This document shows, piece by piece, positions 37,599-46,104 of a stretch of 54,907 bases of DNA. A program made the translations under genes and the position numbers. How positions within the stretch are numbered: the stretch's first letter is position 1; every line of letters starts with the position of its first letter. The stretch spans positions 1-54,907 of the forward strand of contig JBEKGP010000005.1 in the NCBI GenBank assembly GCA_050012735.1, written 5' to 3'. The notes beneath the pieces were generated by a model that was given only the letters and a program-made list of their open reading frames with translations, was not told the origin of the DNA and ran no database searches. This stretch comes from Candidatus Dormibacteria bacterium. Its GTDB lineage: Bacteria; Chloroflexota; Dormibacteria; Aeolococcales; Aeolococcaceae.

Positions 37599-38933
37599 TC
37601 AGAGGTAGCGGTCGAGCTCCCAGTCGGTGACATGAGCCGAGAACTGCTGCCACTCCAGTCGCTTGGCCTCGGCCAGCCGCTCGACCAGCTCCGAGCCCAG
37701 GGCGTCGACGATGACGTCGTCGCTCACCAGGGCCGCGACCGCCTCGTTGAGCGAGCTGGGAAGGGAGCGGACGTAGCGGCTCTCCACCGCCTCGGGGTCG
37801 AACTCGTACGCCTGCTCCTCGAGCGGAGGGGACAGCGGAAGCTCCCGCTCGATGCCGTCCAGGCCGGCGGCGAGCATGGCAGTGAAGGCGAGGTGGGGGA
37901 TGCAGGCGGCATCGGGGCAGCGCAGCTCCACCCGAGTGTCGGTGCCCTCGGCCGGGCTCACCCGGGGGACGCGGATCAGAGCGCTCCGGTTGTTGTGGGC
38001 CCACGTGATCTGGGCGGGCGCCTCGTAGCCGGCGATCAGCCGCTTGTAACTGTTGACGACCGGGGCGGTGACCGCGGCCAGCGCGGGCGCGTGCTCGAGC
38101 TGGCCGGCGATGAAGTGGCGGGCCAGCGGCGAAAGGTGGTACCGATCCTCCGCGTCGAAGAACAGGTTGGCGCCATCGCTCGTGCGGAGCAGCGTCTGGT
38201 GAGTGTGCAGACCGCTCCCGCTCACGCCGGCGAGGGGCTTGGGCATGAAGCTTGCACGCAGCCCGTGGGTCCCGGCCATGGCCCGCGCTGCGACCCGCAG
38301 CAGGAGGACCGCATCGGCGGCGGCGAGAGCCCCCTGGGAGGCCAGGTCGATCTCGTGCTGACCGCCGGCCACCTCATGGTGGCTGCTGCCGACGTCGATG
38401 CCCAGCTCCAGCAGGGTCGTCACCAGCTGGTCCCGGGCGCGGGTGCCCGCGTCGAGCGTGTCATCGAAGTAGCTGGCGGTGTCACTGGAGCGTGGCCGGC
38501 CACCCTCGGCCAGATCAAAAAGGAAGAATTCGACCTCACAGCCGACGTGGTAGGCAAAGCCGAGGTCGGCGGCGCGCTGGAGCTGCCCGGCCAGCACGGC
38601 CCGTGCGTCACCGGAGAAGATCTCGCCGTCCGGAGTCCGGAGGTGGCAGAAGACGCGCATCACCGGGCCGCCGTCCGCCACCTCCCAGGGCACCGCGGTC
38701 AGCGTCGCGGGATCGGGAACCAGGTACATGTCACTCTCGAGCACCCGGGCGAAACCCTCGATGGCCGAACCGTCGAACCACGCTCCCCGCTCGCAGACCT
38801 CGGCGAACCGCGAGGCGGGGACGTTGACACAGTTGACGGTGCCGAAGAGGTCGACGAACTGCAGCTGCAGGCGCCGAGCTCCCGCCTGCTCGAGGCGGTG
38901 CACGGCGGCGGCGACGTCGTCAGGCTCGTTCAT
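37599..38933 (-). CDS. Glutamine synthetase family protein (GSI-alpha-like paralogue)
   Basis: FDGSAIEGFARVLESDM, CEVEFF, HHEVAGGQHEI, KPLAGVSGSGLH, KRLIAGYEAP, NRSALIRVP, VELRCPD. Confidence 0.92.
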   Translation of the reverse strand: MNEPDDVAAAVHRLEQAGARRLQLQFVDLFGTVNCVNVPASRFAEVCERGAWFDGSAIEGFARVLESDMYLVPDPATLTAVPWEVADGGPVMRVFCHLRTPDGEIFSGDARAVLAGQLQRAADLGFAYHVGCEVEFFLFDLAEGGRPRSSDTASYFDDTLDAGTRARDQLVTTLLELGIDVGSSHHEVAGGQHEIDLASQGALAAADAVLLLRVAARAMAGTHGLRASFMPKPLAGVSGSGLHTHQTLLRTSDGANLFFDAEDRYHLSPLARHFIAGQLEHAPALAAVTAPVVNSYKRLIAGYEAPAQITWAHNNRSALIRVPRVSPAEGTDTRVELRCPDAACIPHLAFTAMLAAGLDGIERELPLSPPLEEQAYEFDPEAVESRYVRSLPSSLNEAVAALVSDDVIVDALGSELVERLAEAKRLEWQQFSAHVTDWELDRYL

Positions 38934-39925
38934 CGATGCTCCAGAAGGATGGTGATGACCACGGCAAGGACGATGAACAGCGTGAAGCCGGCACCGATCA
39001 GACCGCCGAGGAGAAGTATCCGCCGATCGGTCATCGTCGAGCCGGCGCGCTCCGGACCGAGCACGAACTGGGCCAGGTCGATGTCGTCGAGATGCTCGAG
39101 GTCGTGGAGCATCTCTGCGGCCGACTGGTAGCGCTCCTCCGGATCCTTGCGGATCGCCTTGTGGATCACCGCGCCCAGGGGCGGCGACACGGCTCGATTG
39201 CGTTCGTGGAGAGGCGTCGGCGGATCGTGGACGGTCTGGCTCATGACGGCCAGCGCGTTATCCCCCACGAAGGGCACCTGGCCGGCCAGGAACTCGTAGA
39301 GCATGATGCCAAGCGCGTAGACATCGGTCCGCTGGTCCCCCCGCTTGCCCTCTATCTGCTCGGGCGCCATGTAGTCGGGGGTGCCCAGGCGGTCGTTGAG
39401 ATATCGCCACGTCACGCGCCGCGCGCCCGCCATCAGGGCGATGCCGAAATCGAAGAGCTTTAGCTGCCCCTGCGCGGTGACCAGGACGTTCTCCGGCTTG
39501 AGGTCGCGATGGGCGATGCCGTGAGCATGGGCGTGAGCCAGCGCGCCGGCGAGCTGCCTACCGTATCCGACCGCCTCATCGACACCGAGTGGCAGCCGGC
39601 CCCGCAGGTTCTGGCGGAGGGTCTCGCCCTCGACGTACTCCAGCACCAGGTACGGACGGCTGCGGTCGTCGCCCACGTCGAGAGAGCGCTGCACGTTCGG
39701 ATGGTCCAGGCGGCGTGCGATGGCCGTCTCTCTGCGAAAGCGCTCGAAGGTCTGCGGGTCCCCGATGATTGCGAGTGACGGCACCTTGAGCACCACCCGC
39801 ACCTGGGTGCGCTCGTCGATGGCCTCGTAGGCCTCGCTGAAGCCGCCCTCACCCAGCCTCCGCACGATGCGGTAGTGATCGACGACGGAGCCTGCGCTCA
39901 GCTGGCCCTCGGATGCCACCGTCAT
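38930..39925 (-). CDS. Hanks-type Ser/Thr protein kinase with a C-terminal TM anchor
   Basis: LGEGGFS, VVLK, HRDLKPEN, DFG, GTPDYMAPE, DVYALG; terminal hydrophobic helix; ATGA overlaps at both ends. Confidence 0.95.
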   Translation of the reverse strand: MTVASEGQLSAGSVVDHYRIVRRLGEGGFSEAYEAIDERTQVRVVLKVPSLAIIGDPQTFERFRRETAIARRLDHPNVQRSLDVGDDRSRPYLVLEYVEGETLRQNLRGRLPLGVDEAVGYGRQLAGALAHAHAHGIAHRDLKPENVLVTAQGQLKLFDFGIALMAGARRVTWRYLNDRLGTPDYMAPEQIEGKRGDQRTDVYALGIMLYEFLAGQVPFVGDNALAVMSQTVHDPPTPLHERNRAVSPPLGAVIHKAIRKDPEERYQSAAEMLHDLEHLDDIDLAQFVLGPERAGSTMTDRRILLLGGLIGAGFTLFIVLAVVITILLEHR

Positions 39926-40755
39926 CTCCACGGAAGCCAGCGCCGCCCACGGTCCGGGGCCCGCGCCTCGACGGGCCCCGCGATCCGGGCGACAATCACG
40001 CTGACATTATCCGGAGCCCCCCTGGCGATCGCAACCTGGATCAGAGAGGCGGCGACGGCCCCGGGGTCGAGGTCGGCGGCCACCTCGTTGACGATCTCCT
40101 CACGGGTCAGCTCGCTCCACAGGCCGTCACTGCAGAGCACGAACACGTCGCCCTGCTGAATCGGGCGGCGGCTGATGTCGACGTTCACAAAGAGTTCGGC
40201 GCCCAGGCTGCGGGTCAGCTGGTTGCGAGCCGGATGATGAACGGCCTGCTCCGCGGTGATGATGCGCAGCCGGAGCATCTCCATGGCCTGGGTGTGGTCA
40301 GAGGTGCACTGAACGATGACGCCGTCGCGGATGAGGTAGACGCGGCAGTCCCCGACATGGCCGATCAGCGCCTCGTGGGCGGTGAGCACCAGGGCGGTGG
40401 CGGTGGACTGGAGATTGAACGCCTCCGGGTGGCTCTGCGAATGATTCCAGATCGCGAGGTTGGCGGCGTTGAACGCCTGGCGAAGCCAGCGCTCGGGCCG
40501 GTCGGGACTGGGTTGTCCCTCGGCCAGAGTTTCGACGACCAGGTGGCTGGCGACCTCCCCCGCCCGGTGACCGCCGAGGCCGTCAGCGACCGCGAAGACG
40601 TGGAAACCGCATTCCGGATCACTGCGGACGAGCACCGCGTCCTCGTTGTTCTGGCGGCAGGGCCCGGTATCCGTGCGCCCCGCGGCACGCACCGTGGGCA
40701 CGGAGGCGAAGGGTCCCGCCGGTCTCGCCGTTTCCGTGCCGGGAGCGAGCCGCAT
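39922..40755 (-). CDS. PP2C/PPM-family Ser/Thr phosphatase
   Basis: RQNNEDA, VADGLGGH.AGEVAS, HVGDCR, LTRSLG, LCSDGL, DNVS; ATG 7 nt after TAGGGT. Confidence 0.94.
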   Translation of the reverse strand: MRLAPGTETARPAGPFASVPTVRAAGRTDTGPCRQNNEDAVLVRSDPECGFHVFAVADGLGGHRAGEVASHLVVETLAEGQPSPDRPERWLRQAFNAANLAIWNHSQSHPEAFNLQSTATALVLTAHEALIGHVGDCRVYLIRDGVIVQCTSDHTQAMEMLRLRIITAEQAVHHPARNQLTRSLGAELFVNVDISRRPIQQGDVFVLCSDGLWSELTREEIVNEVAADLDPGAVAASLIQVAIARGAPDNVSVIVARIAGPVEARAPDRGRRWLPWR

Positions 40756-40874
40756 CCCGCCAACCCTAAGGACCGGCGCCCCGGGCGGGCTAGGGTCTTC
40801 GCGTCCCACCGGTGGGGGCCCGGGGATGGGCGCAACGCCCAACACGCGCAGGACGACCGGCTTGCTCGCGCCGG

Positions 40875-42497
40875 TCAAGCCGAAGCCTGGAGGACGTCGC
40901 GAATGCGCAGGCAGAGCTGGAGATTGAGCCGGGTATCGGGATCGCTGAGGCGGAGATGTCCCACGTCCTCGATGCGCCGGAGCCGGTAGAGGACCGTGTT
41001 GCGATGCAGCTTGAGCCGCTGAGCGGTCTCGGTGGGAGAGCCATGGCACCGGAAGAATGCGTCGAGGGTGCGCAGCAGGTCCCCTCCCCCCTTCTCGTCG
41101 TAGTCCATGAGCGCACCGATGCTTTCCCGATAGAACTCGTGCACCTCGGGGTGCTGGGCCATCGAGTAGAGGAGGCGGTGGAGACCGAGATCGGCAAAGG
41201 ACACCACGCTCGCCGTGCCGTCGAGCTTGAGCCCCATGCCCAGGGCCTGTTCGGCCTCGCGGTGCGAGTTGCGGACGCCGCCGAGCCCATGCTTGGGCCG
41301 GCCGATGCCGACCGCGACGGGGACACCCCCGACCGCCGAGCGGCAATCGGCGGCGAGCTCCAGGGCCGCGCGGCGGAGGTCGCCGAGGTCGGCGCCGGCG
41401 ATGACGGCCACCGCGCCCTGGTGAGCGGCGGCGAGCACGGTCAGCTGGCGCCGCTGGGCCCAGCGCTGTACCGAGCGGACGCCGCTCTCCGGCCAACCCT
41501 GAGGGGCGGGACCCGCGGGGCGCGCTGACGGGCGCACCACCATGACGACGGACTCGTCACCCAGCGAGGCGCCGACGCGGCGCGCCCGCTCCAGCATCGA
41601 CGCCTCCGACCCGTAGGCGCCGGTGAGGAGTGCGGTGGCGAACTCCCCCTCCAGGTCGTCCCGGGCGGCGAGAACTGCCCGCTCCCGGTCCAGCTCGATG
41701 GCGCAGGCCGAGGCTGCCCGGGCGCAGCCGAGCCGGGCCAGCTGTCCCAGGTCCCCCTCCGCTCCGAGGACGGAGATGAAGCCCCCGATGCCGTCGCGGA
41801 GAGGGATGGGAGCCACCACCCGGGCAAAACCCGGAGCGCCCACCGAGAACTCGCGAACGGGAGGATTGGCCGCGAGGACGACCGAGGAGTCTGCGAAGCG
41901 GCGCACCGCCGGCATCTCCTCAGCCCACGGCCCGGCCGCCACCGCGGCGGGAATGGCTCCAGCTTCGTGGCGAAGCTCTCCCGACTCGTCCTGCCACGCG
42001 GCGGCGAGCTCCAGAAGCTCGGAGAGACGGTCGACGATGCCGGCCGGGCCGGCACTGTTGAGCGCCAGCTCCATCAGCTCGGTCTGCAACTCCTGGGCAC
42101 GGTCGTGGAGCGCGGTCCGCTGGTCCAGGATGAAACGCGTGGTGGCCTGCTGCACGTCGGCGAGGTGGGCCTGTTCGGGCAGCAGCAGCAGGGGAAGCAT
42201 CAGGCGGTCGGCCAGCTCGATCGAGGCGGCGGCCACGTCGCCGACGACAGCCGCAGCCACCCCACCCTTGTCGGCGAAGCTCTCCAGGACCCGGGTGAGG
42301 TCAAGGCGCTCATCGAGCAGCTTGATCGAGCGCACCGCGATGAAGGCGATCTCCCCTCCCTTGATCGCCTCGAAGGCGGGCGGCCGGGTGCGCAACGAGG
42401 TGGCCCAGTCGACCTGCCGCTCCAAGCCCGCCCGGCCTCCGAGCAGGTCGGTGCCAGCGGGCAGGGCACCGCGCCAGAGGTCCATCACCGTGATCAC
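40875..42497 (-). CDS. PucR/CdaR-family transcriptional regulator
   Basis: N-terminal ITVMDLW...GRAGLER.V.W PucR domain; GGDEF-like middle; C-terminal LLRTLDAF...TAQRLKLHRNTVLYRLRRI HTH. Confidence 0.93.
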   Translation of the reverse strand: MITVMDLWRGALPAGTDLLGGRAGLERQVDWATSLRTRPPAFEAIKGGEIAFIAVRSIKLLDERLDLTRVLESFADKGGVAAAVVGDVAAASIELADRLMLPLLLLPEQAHLADVQQATTRFILDQRTALHDRAQELQTELMELALNSAGPAGIVDRLSELLELAAAWQDESGELRHEAGAIPAAVAAGPWAEEMPAVRRFADSSVVLAANPPVREFSVGAPGFARVVAPIPLRDGIGGFISVLGAEGDLGQLARLGCARAASACAIELDRERAVLAARDDLEGEFATALLTGAYGSEASMLERARRVGASLGDESVVMVVRPSARPAGPAPQGWPESGVRSVQRWAQRRQLTVLAAAHQGAVAVIAGADLGDLRRAALELAADCRSAVGGVPVAVGIGRPKHGLGGVRNSHREAEQALGMGLKLDGTASVVSFADLGLHRLLYSMAQHPEVHEFYRESIGALMDYDEKGGGDLLRTLDAFFRCHGSPTETAQRLKLHRNTVLYRLRRIEDVGHLRLSDPDTRLNLQLCLRIRDVLQASA

Positions 42498-42537
42498 CTG
42501 GATCTCCAAACCGGGGGGCCGCCATCCCGATCGTTCA

Positions 42538-43878
42538 TCAGGCGCGCTCCAGGTACTGCTCCTGCTCCCACGGAGTGACCTGAGTGCGGTACTCCTTCCA
42601 CTCCAGGGCCTTGACCTCGAGGAAGCGCTCCGACAGCGTGTCTCCCAGAGCGTCGAGCACCACCTCATCCGCCTCGAGGGCGGTGATGGCGTCCTTGAGG
42701 TTGTCGGGGAGGAGCCCGACGTTGCGACGCTCCAACTCGACATCGTCGAAGCCGTAGAGGGACTCCTCGACCGGAGGCGGCAGGGGCAGGCGGCGCTCGA
42801 TACCGTCGAGCCCGCAGCGGAGCATCACGGCGAATGCCAGGTAGGGATTGCAGGACGGATCGGGAGAGCGCAGCTCCACCCGGGTGACCTCGGGACGGCC
42901 GACATGGGGGACCCGGACCAGGGCGCCACGGTTGGTGCGGGCCCAGGAGACGAAGACCGGGGCCTCGAACCCGCGCACCAGGCGCTTGTAGGAGTTGATG
43001 AGAGGCGCCAGCACCAGGCACATCCCGGCGGCGTGGTGGAGCTGGCCGGCGATGAAGTGCTTGGCGACGTCGCTCAGCCCGTAGTCGTCGTCGCCCGCGA
43101 ACGCGTTGCCGCCGTCGCCGGTCCGGGCCAGCGACTGATGGACGTGCATGCCGCTCCCCGGCTGTCCCTGGAAGGGTTTGGGCATGAAGGTGGCGGTGAG
43201 ACCGTGCTGCTGGGCGATGGCTCGGAGCGTGTAGCGGAAGGTGACCACGTCGTCCGCCGCTTTGAGCGCCTCCTGAGCGCCCACGTCGATCTCGTGCTGC
43301 CCGCACCCCACCTCGTGGTGCAAGGTGTTGACCTCGAGCCCCATGGCCCGGAGCTGCTCGGCCATGGTCTGGCGAACCGCCACGGTCGGGTCGGTGGCGA
43401 AGTCGAAGTAGCTGCCTCGGTCGTGGCGGGGCTGCACCGGCCGGCCCAGCTCGTCGCGCTCGAGCAGGTAGAACTCGATCTCCGGCCCCACCCGGTATTC
43501 GAAGCCGAGCGCCGCCGCGCGCTCGGTCGCCCGCCGCAGCGCTCGCCGGGGATCGCCCGGGTAAGCCTCTCCCTCGGGGGTCGTGAGCCAGCAGATCATC
43601 CGCCCGGTCGGCGCCTCAGCCCACGGCAGGACGGCAAACGTGGTCGGGTCGGGTACCAGATACATGTCCGACTCTGCGGTGCGGGCGACCGACTCCACCG
43701 ATGAACCGTCGAACCACACCCCGTGCTCCAGCGCCGAGGCCAGCTGGTCGGCGGGAATGGTCACCGTCTTGACCGACCCGGTGACATCGGTGAACTGGAG
43801 ATCGAGGTGGCGGATGCCGGCTGCCTGGGCTGCGGCGACTGCGTCGGGGATCTCGGGGCGGTGGCGGGGGGAGGCCAT
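42538..43878 (-). CDS. Glutamine synthetase family protein (GSI-alpha-like paralogue)
   Basis: FDGSSVESVARTAESDM, GPEIEFY, HHEVGCGQHEI, KPFQGQPGSGMH, KRLVRGFEAP, NRGALVRVP, VELRSPD; SD GAGGTG. Confidence 0.92.
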   Translation of the reverse strand: MASPRHRPEIPDAVAAAQAAGIRHLDLQFTDVTGSVKTVTIPADQLASALEHGVWFDGSSVESVARTAESDMYLVPDPTTFAVLPWAEAPTGRMICWLTTPEGEAYPGDPRRALRRATERAAALGFEYRVGPEIEFYLLERDELGRPVQPRHDRGSYFDFATDPTVAVRQTMAEQLRAMGLEVNTLHHEVGCGQHEIDVGAQEALKAADDVVTFRYTLRAIAQQHGLTATFMPKPFQGQPGSGMHVHQSLARTGDGGNAFAGDDDYGLSDVAKHFIAGQLHHAAGMCLVLAPLINSYKRLVRGFEAPVFVSWARTNRGALVRVPHVGRPEVTRVELRSPDPSCNPYLAFAVMLRCGLDGIERRLPLPPPVEESLYGFDDVELERRNVGLLPDNLKDAITALEADEVVLDALGDTLSERFLEVKALEWKEYRTQVTPWEQEQYLERA

Positions 43879-43994
43879 GAGCACCTCGGATGGCAGAGGC
43901 TCCTGACCAGAGCCTCCTGATTCGTACCCTGCGCCTAAGGATATCGGACGCCAGCTCAGGATGTCTAGAGGGAGCCCGGCCATCTTGCGCCGTC

Positions 43995-44023
43995 CCGCGC
44001 ACCAAATGAGACGGGACGCACAA
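43995..44023. promoter_or_regulatory. Putative regulator sites upstream of the GS-PucR operon
   Basis: CCGCGCACCAAATGA (43995-44009) is identical to 35627-35641 upstream of amtB and is followed by ACGCACAA as there. Confidence 0.55.
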
Positions 44024-44220
44024 GGCCCTCACGCGCCCGTGCCGGCGGGGGCGCTGCGACGGCCCCACATCCGTCCGGTGACGGCCGGACACCGCGGGAT
44101 GACGAATCGCACCAATGGGTGCAGGTGCACTACAGAACTTTGGCGTCCGTTGCTCTTGGGCGTCCCAGACCGGCCCCGGAGAATGAACCCATCCAATCGC
44201 GCTCCACGAAAGAAAGAGAC

Positions 44221-46035
44221 GTGAGCCTCCCCCATCCGACCCTCCTCAGCCCCCCCATCTCCCCGCCCTGGGCGCACCCCAGCCCGCGGGGTTCCCGTCG
44301 CGGCAACCGCCTGGACCGGATCCTGGAGGCCATGACCCGGATCAGCGCGGAGAGGGATGTCGACTCGGTGCTGGCCGCCGCGGGCGGAGCCGTCGTCGAA
44401 CTCCTCGAGACCCGCAGAGCGTCCCCGGTGATCGCCCGGGTGTACAGGATCGAACGCGACAGGATGATGGTCGTCAGCGAGCACGGCGCAGCAGCCGATG
44501 CCACCACCGTCGGGGAGAGCCGTCTCCTGATCGCCGATCCACTCATCCTGGCTGCGGTCACCGGGGACCGCACCCTGGCCGAGGCGGGAGCCTCCCCCCG
44601 CCGGATCGCAAGCCCCGTCCACGCCGGGACCGTGATGCGGGCAGTGGTGCTCGCCGAGCGGCGGGGCCGGGCGTTTCGAGACTCCGAGGTCACCATGGTC
44701 GAGGGGCTGAGGGGGATCGTCACCCTCGCGGTCTCCAACCTGGTCCACTCCCGCGGGATCGCCGGGGCAGCGGAGGAGCCGCCCGATGCGGTCACGGGCG
44801 TGATGGGCCGCGCTGCCTTCGAGCGGCACTGCCGGGAGGTGCGCGAGTCCTTCGCGATCATCTCGGTCGACGTCGACCATCTCAACCAGCTCAACAACGC
44901 CCTGGGTTGGGAGGCCGGCGACAACGCCCTTCGCTCCGTGGCCCGCGCTCTCCAGGCATCGACGAGGGAGCGTGACGTGGTCGGCCGCACCGGCGACGAT
45001 GAGTTCACGATCCTCACCATCGGGGCGGCCACCGCCGTGGTTGGCAGCGTTGCCGAGCGCATGCGTGCCGCGGTGTCCGAACTCGTCACCGGAGCCCTCC
45101 CGAGTCGGGTCAGCGTCGGCTGGGCGGTGGGCGCGGCCGGCGAGGACGCCGGCGAGGTGTGGACTCGGGCGGACGCAGCGCTCGGCCGCGCCAAGCGCCA
45201 GGGACGCAACCGCGTGGCCGGGTCGATCACCGGCCGCCCGGGGGCGGCCCCCGGAAGAGGATGGACAACCCTGCTCAGCCGGACCCTGGCCTCACAGCAG
45301 ATCCACCCTGTGTACCAGCCGATCGTCACCCTCCCGGAGGCGCGCATCGTGGCCTACGAGGGGCTGGCGCGGCCCGTCAACCTGGACGGGGCGGACAGCG
45401 TCGAGGAGTTCTTCGCCACGGCGCAGCGGCTGGGCGTGACCAATGAGCTGGACTGGATCTGCAGGCGCGCCGTGGTCCGCGGTGCCGAGGGCATCCGCAG
45501 CGACGCGCAGCTCTACCTCAACATCGACCTCTCCGCGGTCTCCGACGTTGACGAGGACGTCGAGCAGATGCTCAGCCTTCTGCGCTGGATCGGCCGGCCT
45601 CCCGCCAACGTGGTCCTGGAGATCGCCGACGCCGGCCGCTTCACCAATCTCGGTCAGCTCTCCGCTCGCGTCGACGTCTACCGCCGGGCGGGGTTCAAGA
45701 TCGGCATCGACGATGCCGGCCGGCCCGGGATTGGGGTCGACCTGCTTTACGCGACGCGCCCCGAGATCATCAAGATCGATGCCAGCGTGACCAATCGCTG
45801 CGAGGAGGTCGGGGCCCGGTCGCTCATCTTCGAATGCATCGCGCTCGCCGAGCAGATCGGCGCCGATGTCGTGGCCGAGGGCATCGAGCAGCTGAGCGTC
45901 GCCACTGAACTGATGAAGCTGGGAGTGAACCGAGCCCAGGGCTTCCTCTTTGGCAAGCCGGAGTCGCTCACCGGACCGAACCGCGAGCTCGAAGGGGAGC
46001 CCGCGTTCCTCCGGGCGGTCGCCGTCACGCGCTGA
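44221..46035 (+). CDS. GAF-like + GGDEF + EAL domain c-di-GMP metabolism protein
   Basis: DVDHLNQLN..LG..AGD, RTGDDEF, YQPIV, YEGLAR, IDDAG, IKID, AEGIE, QGFLFGKP. Start codon uncertain. Confidence 0.9.
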   Translation: MSLPHPTLLSPPISPPWAHPSPRGSRRGNRLDRILEAMTRISAERDVDSVLAAAGGAVVELLETRRASPVIARVYRIERDRMMVVSEHGAAADATTVGESRLLIADPLILAAVTGDRTLAEAGASPRRIASPVHAGTVMRAVVLAERRGRAFRDSEVTMVEGLRGIVTLAVSNLVHSRGIAGAAEEPPDAVTGVMGRAAFERHCREVRESFAIISVDVDHLNQLNNALGWEAGDNALRSVARALQASTRERDVVGRTGDDEFTILTIGAATAVVGSVAERMRAAVSELVTGALPSRVSVGWAVGAAGEDAGEVWTRADAALGRAKRQGRNRVAGSITGRPGAAPGRGWTTLLSRTLASQQIHPVYQPIVTLPEARIVAYEGLARPVNLDGADSVEEFFATAQRLGVTNELDWICRRAVVRGAEGIRSDAQLYLNIDLSAVSDVDEDVEQMLSLLRWIGRPPANVVLEIADAGRFTNLGQLSARVDVYRRAGFKIGIDDAGRPGIGVDLLYATRPEIIKIDASVTNRCEEVGARSLIFECIALAEQIGADVVAEGIEQLSVATELMKLGVNRAQGFLFGKPESLTGPNRELEGEPAFLRAVAVTR

Positions 46036-46071
46036 GGCAGGCCCGACGAGCGGAGGACCCACGCGGGTGCT

Positions 46072-46104
46072 CCGGCGCGGGGATCACGCCGGCGCGGGGA
46101 TCAC
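46072..46104. repeat. 16-bp tandem direct repeat CCGGCGCGGGGATCAC x2 at the GH1 3' end
   Basis: Copies at 46072-46087 and 46089-46104 read directly. Confidence 0.75.

Noticed and set aside
44140-44155. TTGGCG...TTGC sigma-54-like promoter (also TGGCACG near 35563-35570 on the minus strand)
   Set aside because: GG-to-GC spacing is 8 nt rather than 10 in the first; the second lacks the -12 TTGC.
46072-46104. Tandem 16-mer whose reverse complement resembles the start of a type I-E CRISPR repeat
   Set aside because: Only two adjacent partial copies, no spacers and no cas genes; best explained as a local duplication at the GH1 stop.
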